A program made the position numbers and the translations under genes. The notes beneath the pieces are model-generated. The model was given only the letters and a program-made list of their open reading frames with translations. It made no database searches and had not been told where the DNA came from. A stretch of DNA of 63,912 bases, counting the filler, from Folioceros fuciformis (taxonomy: Eukaryota), in NCBI GenBank assembly GCA_049999805.1. It is 5 parts of 5 records of this genome, joined end to end, with 100 filler letters (N's around TTAATTAATTAA, not from the genome) between each part and the next. Parts side by side here need not be neighbours in the genome. Positions count along the whole stretch, not along the records: positions 1 to 17,921 come from JBNGIO010006380.1; positions 18,022 to 37,889 come from JBNGIO010006388.1; 3 more parts are not named here. The stretch is one strand, 5' to 3'. Of this stretch, positions 12,910 through 25,600 are shown piece after piece. The number at the start of each line of letters is the position of its first letter. Position 1 is the first letter of the stretch.

Positions 12910-15886
12910 ATGGACAGCATGGAGTCGGGGTTTATTCTGCTGGAGCTCACGCTCTTGTGCTGTGCGGTTTTTGCCAGGTGGTCGACAGCGTCCGCACAGA
13001 TGGCGAATGTGAGCCTCGCCTTCCCGCCATTGCTTCTCGACGGGGGCCAAGGGAACGACAGTGCCTCGCAACCAGAGCCGGGTCTGAACTGCACGTGGGA
13101 CCCCTATTACACGGAGATCACTTCCTCCAGAAGCGTCTGCAGCGTGGCTTCTCCGGCTGGCGGGATTGTGAGCACCATCTCCCAGAACTTGAAGGAGGCA
13201 GGGCTGGCCGCCCGGCTCCTGCTCTCGGTGCCCTTGGTTTGGTACAACCAGAATGTCAGAGTCTCCTTCCAAACATCTTTCGTCTTCCAGATGAAGCCAG
13301 GCCCGGAATACAACGGCTCCGGCCTCGCGTTCCTCATCGTCCCCAACGCCGATTTCTTGAATTTCGAAGACGGAACATACAACATGGGCCTCTTCGTCGA
13401 AGACAATCGCACCGGGGCGATCAGGGAAGGCGACCTCTCCACTTTCTCCGTCGAAATCGACGTTGTGCAAGACGGCTACGACCCGCCCGTGCCGCACGTT
13501 GGAGTGAACATCGACAATACCTTGGCCTCTGCCGCGAGCAACTATCTCTGGGATATGGCTTACTTCCTGGACAGGAAGATCGCAGTGTGGATCAGGTACG
13601 ATGCGGCACTTCTTCTCCTCGAGGTGTGGATGCTGAATGTGACAGACCAGTCCCTGCCCCGGCAGGAGGACGCCGTCCTGGTTCTCGAGTTCCCCAATCT
13701 CGATCTCTCCTCGCAGGTGCTGCCGCGCTCCTACGTAGGGCTCGGGTCCAAGGTCCCCAAGGCTCCGTCCGCATACACCATCTTCAACTGGACGCTCTCA
13801 ACCACTCCCGCACTGGTCAACATGAGCGCCTCCTTCCCGTCAACTCTGCCCGCCACAAACCCAGGCGACAACGGCCAGGACTTGCAGCCTGATCCGGGGT
13901 TGATGTGCACGTGGGATCCATACTACACTGAAGTGACTTCTGCCAGAAACATCTGCAGCGTGGCTTCTCCAGCGAACCGGATTGTGAGCACCATGTCCCA
14001 GAACTTGAAGGAGAGAGGTCTGGCCGTCCGGCTCCTGCTCACGGAGCCCCTGTCTTGGTACGACGGCAGTGTCGGAGACTCTGGTACGAGGGCAGTTTCC
14101 AACTCGTTCCAGACCTTCTTCGTCTTTCAGATGCACTCGGGCCCGGACTACAACGGCTCCGGCCTCGCATTCCTCATCGTCCCCTATGCCTATTTCCAGA
14201 ATTTCGAAGACGTAACATACAACATGGGCCTCTTCGCCGAAGACAATCTCACCGGAGTGATCCGTAAAGGCGACAACTTCACCTTCTCCGTCGAAATCGA
14301 CATTGAGCAAGACGGCTACGACCCCCGGGTCCCCCACGTCGGAGTGAACATCAACGACACTTTGGCCTCCGCCGCCACCACCTACCTGTGGGAGATGTCC
14401 TCGTTCCTGGACAGGAAGATCGCGGTGTGGATCAAGTATAGGGCGGGATCCGAGCTCCTCCAGGTCTGGATGTCGAACGTCATGACCCAACTCCTCTCTC
14501 CCCCGGCAGGAAGACGCGGCCCTGGTCCTCCAGTACGCCAACCTCAACCTCTCCTCCCAGGTCCTCCAACAATCCTACCTCGGCTTCGGCGCCAAGGTCC
14601 CCAAGACCCCTGCCGCCTACACCGTCTACAGCTGGACCCTGTCGACCTGGTGGGAGGCATCGGCCATCCCCCCGCACCCTCCGTGGCGCCGCCGGCGACA
14701 CTCCCTAACCGTACCCCTGGTGGTGAGCTCGGCCCTGTCTGTGCTGGCGGCGGCGGTGGCGGTGGCATTCCTCGCATTGCGCCGGACCAAGAAGATGCGG
14801 AGGAGGGTCGGCGGCGGGGGCCCAAAGGCACTCTCCCTGGAACTGACGGCACAGCTGAGCCCCCGGGAGTTCTCCTTCTCCCTCCTGCAGAAGGCCACCC
14901 GGAACTTCTCCCGAGAGGCCGTGCTGGGGGCTGGGGGGTTTGGGAAGGTTTACAGGGGCGTGATGAGCGGGGAAGAGGTGGCGGTGAAGCGGGTGGACGA
15001 GGCCTCCACGCAAGGGGAGCGGGAGTTCGTGTCGGAAATCACCATCATCGGGCGGCTCCGGCACAAGAACATCGTGCCCCTCCGGGGATGGTGCGACAGC
15101 ACCAGCGGCAAGGGCCCCGACCGTTCTCTCCTCCTCGTCTACGACTACATGCCCAACGGGAGCCTAGAGCAGCACCTCTTCGGGTCGAGCCGGCCCCCGC
15201 TCTCGTGGGCGCAGCGCTACCACATCCTGCAGGGCGTGGCGGCGGCCCTGTTGTACATGCACGAGGAGTGGGAGGGGCGGGTGGTGGTGCACCGCGACGT
15301 GAAGGCAGCAAACGTGCTGCTGGACGAGGAGCTGAACGCGCGGCTGGGGGACTTCGGACTGGCGCGACTCCTGAAGCCCAAGGTCCGCTCCTACACGGTG
15401 ACGGGAGCGGCGGGCACCGTGGGCTACCTGGCCCCCGAGGCCCTTGTCACCGGGAAAGTGTCGGCGCAGTCGGACGTTTTCAGCTTCGGGGTGCTGGCTC
15501 TGGAGGTGGCGTGCGGGAGGCGGGCCATTCTGCAGGATTCCTTCGGGGACGACCGCGTGCTGGTGACATGGGTGTGGGAGTTGCACCGCTCCGGCCGCCT
15601 CATAGACGCCGCGGACGCCCGGCTCCGTCCGCCGCTCGCGTCCGTGGTCGACGACCGCGCGCAGATCCTGCTGGTGCTCCGCCTCGGGCTGCTGTGCTGC
15701 GTGGGCCAACCCTCCGACCGGCCCTCCATGCGGCTCGTGTCGCGCTACCTCTCGGCCTCGTCCCCGTCAGTTGTTACGCTCCCCGAATCGCAGCCCCCCG
15801 CGCACCACATTTACTGTCCCGGCCCTGGCACCATCCAAGACGTGGAAGCCACGCATATCTTCCGCCTGGCTCCCGCTCTCGAATAG
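12910..15886 (+). CDS. L-type lectin receptor-like kinase with two tandem lectin domains; one +1 frameshift near 14500
   Basis: Signal peptide, then two legume-lectin repeats (FQTxFVFQM, GSGLAFLIVP, FSVEID, PHVGVNI, WTLST) and a TM helix at ~14710-14780. RD kinase motifs GAGGFGKVYRG, VAVK, HRDVKAANVLL, DFGLAR, GTVGYLAPE. The second lectin finishes in the frame of ORF 14720-15886. Confidence 0.9.
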
Positions 15887-17740
15887 CAGAGCCCCATGGG
15901 GTGTGCCTCTCATGCTACCTTTCACACAGTCCGACTGTGGATGGGAGCTGCCTGTTATTATGGTTTTTTGCACACAATCCAACCCAATGCCAACATTTTG
16001 GGTGCTTCACCCATGGTGTGTTAGGTGTAAGTGAGAAACCCTAAGGATCTCATTAGATTGGAGATTGAGTGCAGAAGTATAAGTTGAGAATTTTTTTTAA
16101 TATTTTTTATTTTTTATGGAAAGTTCCATCTCTTGTTGAAGAGTCACTTCGAACATCATTCTCAAAAATTACTTACTGTTCATAAAATATAATGATATTG
16201 AATAACAAAAGCTTTCCATAATAAAAAGAAAAGCCTACTTACCGTCCGGTGCCGAAGAAGCCACTTGAAGTTGAGGATCTCATTTTGAAATCCAACTTGC
16301 TAACTAAAGCATCACTCATGTATTGTAAGTAGACTAAAGTCATGAACATCACTGGATACTTGGAAGATAGATAAGTGATCAATTTAGCACACCAACCATA
16401 TAGCGCATAGGTTAGGTGTTAATGAGATCCTCAACTTGCACTTCATGTACAATAAGGGAATTGACAAAGTTCAATTAAGATGTGAGGAACCAATCATAAA
16501 TCGCACTTTGAATTACAACCTAATCTTTAATAACTCATTGCTTGAGCCTAGTGTGTTGGGTATGCTGCATTGAATTGTCTGTAAAAAGTAATGCACTGTC
16601 TAGAGGGAGGACTACGCATTGTCTAGAGGGAGGACTACGAGGAACTGCCATTGCTTCATTGCTAAAAAACGAAGTGCCAGGGGTTAATGAGCCAATAGCT
16701 GGGGCAGGAGGGTTAGCGCTGATGATGAAGGATTCTGAGGAGTGGAAGAATATTTTCAGGTCCACTCCCTTAAACTGTCCAACAAGAGTGGAAGTAGAAG
16801 CGTGGCTTGCGTGAAGGAGTGGCTATGGAAAAGAATGCATGAGGGGACCACCCAGATCAGGGATTTGTAGGACTGACCTCTGCCATGGCCCAGACCGATA
16901 CGGACCTCCTCAACCAAGCCGCCATGGCACTCACATGGCTCAGCATGCAAGGGCAACAAGAGAAGTTGCTAAAGGGAAGGCTGGAGGAAGTTGAAGGCAG
17001 AAACAAGGCAGTAGAGGACCGTAAGCGGGCCAGCGAGGAGTTGTTGGGAAAAGTACAGGGAGAGTTGAAGGTGATGGCAAAGCAACAGGAAGCCTTGGTG
17101 AATCAAGTGAAGACAGCTCATGCCACAATCGAGGAGCTTCAAAATGAGATTTCCCTAGCCTAGGAGCTAGTGGTGACATTAGAGAAATTTAAAAGGTTGG
17201 CCGAGAGGTATAAAAGAGTGGGATGAGGTGAGAGCCAAGGTTAGGAGTGAAGTTGGGAGATCAAACAAGGGAAAGGGGTCAGCCACTGTGGTGGCCGAAG
17301 CAGCAACCGTGGTGGAATCGACTACAGTTGACGAATAAGGAACTGGAGTGGCCAAGCCAACCACTGTGGTGGAAGGACGAACGGGGGTAGTGGAACCAGC
17401 CACGGACAAGACTTTGGCAGAGGAGTATACAACACCCCTAGAATGCAGGAGGCAACCACCCTAGGACTGACAACGGGAGGAGTGGGTAAGGACCTCTTTA
17501 CTAGGGGACCACATTGTATTGCGACGTAGGGATGAAGATACCCATGTCCTTGGCTTCCAATTGTATGATAAGCAGGTGCTCGCTCTAAATATGTATGTGG
17601 TGGTTGGAACAAGAGGGGCAAGAACTACTGGCTGCACATTTTAACGGCCACAAGTTGTTACCAATGGTTCTTGCAAATGGTTGCTGGGGTGTATCCCTTA
17701 TAAGTGAGATTGAAGGAGATGATGGAGGAGGACGTGCAAG

Positions 17741-17921
17741 TGTGGAGTGATTTCTTGCACCCAAGAACTACCAAAGGGCCACACACCCCCTTATTGTCGT
17801 TGCAGTCTTATGATTCGCTCCCAAGGGAGTGAACTAGTGCCAAGGAACACTACTTATCACACTTCCACCTATCAGCCAGTCTATAGGCCTGACCATACAC
17901 ACACAACAAAAAGGGCTAGAA
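17741..17921. mobile_element. Terminus of a second copy of the 260-3911 LTR family, cut by the contig end
   Basis: TGTGGAGTGATTTCTT...TCTTATGATTCGCTCCCAAGGGAG matches 260-358. Confidence 0.8.
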
Positions 17922-18229
17922 NNNNNNNNNNNNNNNNNNNNNNNNNNNNNNNNNNNNNNNNNNNNTTAATTAATTAANNNNNNNNNNNNNNNNNNNNNNN
18001 NNNNNNNNNNNNNNNNNNNNNGCGGATTTATCACCGGAGATGACATCCTCAATACCTGTATCATCCCCGCAGCAGGCGATCACGGGCCAGCGCCATACTC
18101 TGCGTTTCGAAGAAGGGACAAACTGCGCCCCGGCTACTGTCTATTTCAGCCAGCTTCAGATGCCAGTATAGAAACTGATTGACAAACGGAAAGCTCACTA
18201 TACTGAACCATAATCGAGATTCATCGCCC

Positions 18230-18410
18230 TAACACCTCCCACGCAATTTTCAGCCTGAACCATGACTGGACCTTTCTGCGACAACCATGCCCGAAATTCG
18301 AAGGCAGACAGTCACACACGCCGAATGTGAGTCACGTCAACGCCAAAATGGATGACAGAATCGTCGGTTCCACCAAGTCCGGTGCGAACCACATGGACCA
18401 CCAAGGTGCA
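18230..18410 (-). pseudogene. Inverted remnant of the LRR-Roco family (also at 33700-33880)
   Basis: Reverse complement aligns to 23521-23635 (GTCCATGTGGTTCGCAC, TCTGTCATC, TCTGCCTTCG..TTTCGGGCATG). Confidence 0.75.
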
Positions 18411-21400
18411 AGATTCGCAAGGTGGTGTTCCTGGCCAAGCTCAGAAACGCGGCGAGGAGAGACGAAAGACAGGATAGAGCGCAGCCGCTGTTCTTCAGAC
18501 TCGTGTCCGCACAAGAGGGATAACAGACTCCGCAGACTCTCCCAAAATGAAGGCCGCCTCAAACAGGTCTCCATATTGCAAGGCAGTGAATGCATCTGTT
18601 TGCTGTGGCTAAGTATGCGATGTTATACACTTGGAATGTACAACTCCACTTTCCCCGATGTGAACAGGGGGAACAACGGTACGTACCATGGACAAAAACT
18701 GGAACATCTTAAGCAGACAGAACTGGCGCCAGGAGATGCTTTGTCTTGACCGCCGTAATCGAATGACCTTGATTAGTCCTAACAACTGCCTTTCCTTTTT
18801 CCTCTACCATGCTAAATCTATGCTTCGTGTCGGAAGCGTGTGCTCACGCTTTCAGCCTTACTCTCCTCTGGCATCCTGCAGGCATCCAAGAGCTACCATC
18901 GAGCCCCTCATATCTTGCTGCTCGTCCCCCCAGTTTGGCTTACGCACGTTGCTTTATCTAGAGGACCTCCTGGAGCTCCTCATCACGGAAGTCAGGCGAT
19001 GTGGAGCCATTGTCATCGTCACTGTGATCCAAGCAGAAAAACAAGCAGACGCAACACGTCCTGGTGACGCCCTCCTCTGGAAGGTCCACCAGGACACATT
19101 GAGCAAATTGGATTTCTTGCAAACATGCTGCAACTGCCAGCTTCATTGCCTCCTAAGAGCTGGCTCCTTGCGGTCACCTGAGCCAAGCCTCTTAAGAGCA
19201 AGAAGAGATGATATCATCCAGGCAGACATGGCTGGCAGGAGCACAAGGTGAACCAACGGATGCAACAGGCACCCACCGCACAAAGCTTCACTAGATAGGA
19301 CTCCTCTCAGGCGAGTGCAGTCAGGTGTCCAAGGCGTGGGGCCCCTGCATGAATCATTCTTCTGTCGAATGTACGCTCGGGACAAGATGAGTCGACAAGG
19401 GAAGGATATGGAGAATCTCCTGAGCACAACCTCATCGACGGAGCTGCAGTGACGGATGTGGTAGTAGCCATTGCAGCGTTTGAGCTCATGTGATGCGGCC
19501 GATGAAATAGTTTACTTGAGCAGTAGTTGCACACACAAAGACCTCGCAAGAAACTGAGAATTCCCTTCCTTGGCCTAAAGCCTCGAGTCTTGGCCATGGA
19601 ATCTTGATCTGCATGTAGGTCCGTAGGAGTTCCATCATGCCTTCCTTCCCCGCAGGCAGCTAAGGAGGCCAAGGCATCATGCATACAACACGGTGGGGAA
19701 AGGAGCGCACCCCATCCGAGAACATGATCCGTCCCTGGGAGACTACCTGGGGAGTTCCAATGTCCTGACGTCTGGAGACTGCTTCAAAGGGATGACAGCA
19801 TGGGCCAGCTCCCCTTCTCGTCCTGTTCGACTCTTTCAACTGCAACAACCGTTTGCGCATCGATGCACACGGTACCCATCTCTCACAGCAATGTGTCTCT
19901 TTTCAAGCCTTGACATGATCACCGTGCAGCTGTGACAGTCACTGCACATGCGTAGATTCTTCGTCATCACCAGAGGTGTCCCACTCGAAGTGTTCAACAG
20001 ACCAAACGCCAGAGCTAGGCTAGCTTCTCAGCATGCCCGCAAAGCGCATCTTCCTTTTCCTTCTCACGCACAGGCTTCAACACCAAAATTTGTGCGAGGA
20101 ACGTGGCCTCCTTCCTGCTTCAGTCGCGCATTCGTGCACAGTACCTTCAGCGCAATATCCTCTCTCCTCCCTCCCACCACAAATCTATGTACTTGCTTTT
20201 TCACGTGAGTAAACGAGGCGGTCCATCAGGTGGTTGGCATGCCTCGGGGCGGAGCAGAGAAGAGATGGTTGGAAGGAGAGTGGTTCGCAGATTCGTTAGG
20301 AGAGCGGCTGGCAGAGTGATTAGTTTCACATGTGATTTTATTAGTCCCAGCAGGGAAGTATAGGGAAATGATGGGGTGAGTGTAGTTGATTGTGTGTTGC
20401 TTCCTCGTACACTGTGCACCAGTTACTGTTCTTGTGGCAGGACGAGAGCAAAGAGACGCAGGGCACAAATCTTGAGGTTCGTGTGTTGGACACGAGTGAG
20501 AGATTCCGATGAAGTGGGTGGTTTCATGCTCTCTACTACAATCACAAAGCGACAAGTGCATTCCTGCTTTGAGTGACGTCCTGTGGTGAATTCCTGAACC
20601 ACGAACGCAGACACTGTTGAGGTTGCACGGACAAAGCAATGCAAAACAAGGTGAGTATCTGCACCTTTACGTTTCTTCCACAGCAGGATGCGAGTGTTCC
20701 AAGAAAACGTGTCTGACAAGCACAGCCTGTTGCAGGGGGCGAAACCTTCAGTCTCCGATGTGGCAAGGTGGTTCAGGTTCAAGTCGTAGGGAGAGGATTC
20801 GTGGTTCCGGTTGGTTTGGTAAGAGTATGGGACAGATTACACTGGAGGTGTGGGATGGAATCCCAACATGTCTAGAAGCACCTGCTGTGGCTCCGTAGCT
20901 CACCTTGATTTCCACAGCTGACCTGGAACTCCCTGTTCGTGTGTGTGCATGGGTCACAATCGAGGCACGATGCAGACGGTGGTGCATGCTTCAGAATTCG
21001 AAGCTGCAGGGTGCCCTAGGGGTCTCTGTAACGATGCTTGCCGATCATGCTTGTAGTGTAGAATCCTCAACACATCCACATGATTCCGTTGTTTCACTGA
21101 CTCGTGACATGAGTCGTGAATAAGAAACCCCCTTGGGCTTGCATACACAAGGCTCTCTGATGAAGCACGTTGACTCTCCATGTTGCTGTCTGCACTGCGC
21201 TCCACGCAGGGCAGGAAGGTTGGCAAGACTGCTGAGATGAGATGCATATGTATGCATTGACATAATTTGTCACCATGGTTCAGGCCAACATGTTGTCACG
21301 AGTTTCAAGGCGTGCTCCGTCCACGGCTCCTCCAGGCTGCGGTCCTGTGTCTACAGCTCTTGCAATCAGTGCCAAACCTAGGGTGCCAGTCAGCTAGCTC

Positions 21401-21455
21401 CCACTCGTTGAATAGGATGAGTGTGACCGTGAATTTCTGTTCGTACTGACAGCTC

Positions 21456-22200
21456 TCAATTGTGGTCTCCACACGAACAAACGCCACCCTTGAACTGATG
21501 AACTCTGTGGGCGTCTCTAATTATGATCTCCCTATTCTCAATCTTGGAGAAGATCTTCGTGCCTCTGTGGCAATGGTCACACATCCGCAGATTTTTCGTT
21601 ACCAGCAATGTGGTGCCTTCGGGTGTGTTGAAGGAGACCATAAGCTAATGCAAGCTTCTCAGCGGGTCCACCAATGCAATCACCACACTCCCATTCACCT
21701 CAAAGCAGCTGCCCGCCAAATCAGCATGTAACAGTTTCCCTGATGCCAAATCACCGATGTCTGCACAGGCTTTCAACACTGCCACAAACGTGTAGTCATT
21801 TGGTTTCACACTGGATTGCCGCGCCTGCAAATACAGTTTTATGGCCTGCTCAGCTTCCCCATGTTGCGCGTATGCTGTAATCATTGAAGTCCAGACAAAA
21901 CCATTGGGTGCCGGAAGTGTCCTGACCACCTGGTTGGCCTCTGCTAGACTACCATGAGAGGCATACATGGGGATGATGTGGTTTTCTAGAAAAATGTTGC
22001 GGCTGTACCCACGTCTGTCTGTATCCAAGGGCATGCACATACCGTCCCATGGCTAGGCTCTTGTGAGCCTAGCCACCTCTTCAACAAAGGATACCAAATA
22101 CCCACCGACACCTGGATTCCCTGCTTGCACATGAGGTCCAAAGCCCGCACTGCTTCGAACAGCTGGTCATCTTCGCACACTTGGCTGAAAGTACCAGCAA
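21456..22200 (-). pseudogene. PLS-PPR-DYW (KP-type) pseudogene with a large internal deletion
   Basis: N-terminal PPR motifs (MYASHG, FVWTSMITAYAQHG, YTFVAVLKAC) joined to AEKLALAYGLL/NTPEGTTLLVTKNLRMCDHCH...RDAHRVHQF..CSCGDHN. Several frameshifts. Confidence 0.85.
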
Positions 22201-22686
22201 AGCATCAGACCAAGCTAGCCATTACATGATACCAGCAAGAAGATTTGCCATATCCCAAAGATGTACAAGGATTCCATCTGTGAAAATAAGGATACCTGAC
22301 AAAATCATCCTTGTCCTTGCCGAACCCATGTTCCTCATCTACTAGGGAGGGCGCTGCAAAAGGAGCAGAGAAAACTTCGTCCAACCCTGAGAAGTCCTGC
22401 ACGAGCGCTCTTATCTAGGGNNNNNNNNNNGCTGTGTGTGTAGATGGTATGTGGCGAGGTGGGTGAGGTTGTGTGTAGCATTGTACCGGCGATTGTGGTG
22501 TAGATGCTTACAAAACGATGCTGTGTGTGCAGTATCGGTTAGACGTTCGAGATAATGCTGTGGGAGCTGGGGATTCCGTGGCTGGGCGAACGGCTTCACT
22601 GACTCCAGTTGATGTTGAGTTGTGTAGCGGGGCCTGTGGTGGTGGAGTAGGCGTGAGGAGGTGGTGGTAGGTTTGGCGGTGGAGGC

Positions 22687-25600
22687 ATGGGTAGTTGGGA
22701 GCAGAGCTGCGAGTGGCAGGATCTGGAGCCGCTTCCTGCTGGTCTGGTGAAGCTCCTGCGCGATCTTGGCGCAACAGGAGGGCCAGAGCCAGCGACGGCT
22801 TCCACAGCTGACGGCACTCGCCTACATCTTACATATTTTGATGGCAGTCTGGAGGAAGTGTACGGCGATTACGGGCCCTTTTTCAAGAGGGGTGTCGCAA
22901 CGGAACTAGAGAAGCAGACGGCGGCGGAGCAGAAGCGGTGGTTGGAAGTCCGGGTGCAGGTGCTGGCTGCCATCGCGCGATGCAGGACTCTGAAAATGAT
23001 CCACGTGCCCAGGGGCTGGTGCGTCGGGGAAGGCGGCCGCGAGAGGGAGTGGGAAGCCATGTGGGGCCCTCTGGAGGTGGCATCGAAAACCAACAATTCC
23101 TCTTTACAAGAGCTGTATTTGGGAGGGTGTCGGGGGCTGGGAGAAAGCGAGGCTGCGTGTGAGGCACTGGGTGGCGTCCTGGCCCACAGTCGTACGCTTC
23201 GCGTGCTGGATATCTCTGACACGGACATGGGGGCCAGCGGGCTGGTGCATCTGTGCTGCTACCTGGCAGAGAACCAGGAGTCCGCCCTCCGCGTCTTGAA
23301 CTTGTCTGGGAATCGGAGACTGGGCGGCGGCGGGAGTAGCGGAGGGGCCGCAGTTGTGGCGGCGCTGCTGAGTGAGAAAGTGTGTCCGTGCCTGCAGCAC
23401 TTGGACATGCGTGGGATAAGGTTGGACTGGGATGGAGCAGAAGTGATTGGGATGGGCCTGGCCAGGAACACCACCTTGCGAACGCTGCTCCTTGGTTGTG
23501 GGTTATTTGGTGGTGACAGGGACGCCTTGGTCCATGTGGTTCGCACTGGACTTGGTGTAGCCGAAGATTCTGTCATCGATTTTGGCGTTGACGTGGCTAA
23601 GATTGAGGAGATCTGCCTTCGCATTTCGGGCATGACACGTGGAATCGAGGCGGACGTTCACGTGTTTAGCAAGCCTAAAGGTGAGAGGAGATGGGTGGAA
23701 GGAAGTATGATGAAGAAAAGAATGGTGGATGAGGGGGACGGGGGTGGGATGCAAAGGAGATGCTGGAGGCAAGGGGATGTTGAAGAGCTGCAGCCGCGAA
23801 TTTCAGTGGCTTTGCAAGAGCTTGTGCTGGATCTGGGCGGGAGTATTAGTCTGTGCCCATCGCCACCCTCCTCCCAAATGCACCTACCTCACCCACGCCG
23901 GCAACGCACCCGCCTTCCAAACTTATATGAAGATGTCGCGTTCGTGGATTTCTTCGGTAGACTACCATGGCCGGTGGAGACGGAGGAAAGAAAGCGGTGG
24001 AGGCAGGTGCGGCAGGAGGTGTTGACTGCCGTTGGCAGGTGCGCCTCCCTCATCCATCTGGGATGGTCCGCTCATAAGTTCGGCGAGGAGGGGCGAGACG
24101 ATGCGGTGGAAGCACTGTTGGGAGGTTTGAAATCGATTGCCAACTACTCGGCCTTAAAATCGTTGGATTTGAATGGGTGCAGCGGTGTGGGGGGGAGTGA
24201 AGCTGGATGTGCTGCCCTAGGGGCCTTCCTACGCTCCAGTCCCAGCATCCACTATTTAACGTTGGATGGTACAGGCCTGCAGCCAGACGGGCTGGGTCAA
24301 TTGGTGCGGGGGCTGGAGGCGAATCCCCACCACCCTCTCCGCGCGCTGAGTCTGTCAAGGAACGAGGTGGGAGGTGGTGATGGCGGTGCAGCAGGAGGTG
24401 AGGGCGGGGCTTTGCAGGTAGCGAAGCTGCTTCAGGCCACCGTGTGCCCCAACCTGCAACTGCTGCACATCGTGGATATTTGGTTGGATTTGGAAGGTGC
24501 ACACATGATAGGTCAGGCTTTGGCGAAAAACTCGTCGGTGCGCCGGTTGGGTTTGGGAGGGAAGAATGACAAAGGGGTAGGGTTACTGCTTCGGACGGGA
24601 CTGGCGAGGGAGAGGGAGAGNNNNNNNNNNNNNNNNNNNNNNNNNNNNNNNNNNNNNNNNNNNNNNNNNNNNNNNNNNNNNNNNNNNNNNNNNNNNNNNN
24701 NNNNNNNNNNNNNNNNNNNNACCTACCTTGCCATCTACGGGATGACGGAAAAAGATGTGGACAATGTGAATGTCGTTTTGCGCACTAATCATGTGTTGGA
24801 ACAGTTGGTTCTTCTGGATTCCTTCTGTGGTGAAGCAAATGTGGGGTTGAAGATGAACGAAAATACTAGCATCAAGGATATAGAGTTATTCCGTGGAGAG
24901 TACTGCCAAAACTTCATCGAAATATTTCTGCACTCATTGCAAGACAACGCATCATTGGAAGAACTGGATCTCAGCTTTTGGGCTCCTTGGAACTATTCAG
25001 TAATGGAATCGAAGGCAGAATTCCTATACATCCAGTTGATGCAGCTGTTGGATAAAAATATATTCTTGAAAAAGATTTATAGTAACCTTCCAGCAGGAAA
25101 GCGCGCACTGATAGAGGAAAAATTACAGCGAAATAGGAGTCTGGCAACTTATCTCCCTCAATTCCGAGCACGATATCCGCAATGTACCACCCCAACCACT
25201 GGTAGAATTTTCCTTCTCGGTCCGCCAGCTGCAGGTAATAATGCGCTTTCTTTTTAATCGCTATTGAATGTGCCATCTGCAGGTAATAATGCGCTTTCTT
25301 TTTAATCGCTATTGAATGTGCCAGTTGCCAGGTAACTAAGTTGTGATTGAACATTTTTTCATGAAGGAAAAACAACCTTGCGCGAACAGATGTGCAAAAT
25401 CCAGGATCCTCAAGCAAAATCAAAAGACCGGAATACGTGGATGGAGTGTATACCGAGGCCATGGAAGAAAACTGAAGGCATAGCGGTGAAGTCCGTCCGC
25501 CATCCAGAAACGGGATTGCAAGTAAGCTTTTGGGATTTAGCTGGTCAAGATGAGTATCGCTTTCTGCATGACTACCTCTTCCCTAATATTCACCAAGCTT

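Larger units (their letters stand above)
18022..22420 (+). repeat. 4.4-kb block, copy 1, apparently identical to 33491-37889
   Basis: Same boundary sequences and identical ORF translations at a constant offset of 15469. Confidence 0.95.

Noticed and set aside
14505-16044. Pro/Gly/Arg-rich C-terminus of the 1070-aa ORF
   Set aside because: Out-of-frame read-through of the GC-rich kinase after the frameshift.
16535-17740. Coiled-coil ORF fragments
   Set aside because: Possibly decayed retroelement gag, but no diagnostic motif to support a call.
17922-18021. N-TTAATTAATTAA-N blocks (also ~37890, 60202, 62677)
   Set aside because: Artificial six-frame-stop contig linkers. Adjacency across them is not biological evidence.
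18688-19935. 187-aa ORF and neighbours (also 42572-43564)
   Set aside because: No family recognised, so a product cannot be supported.
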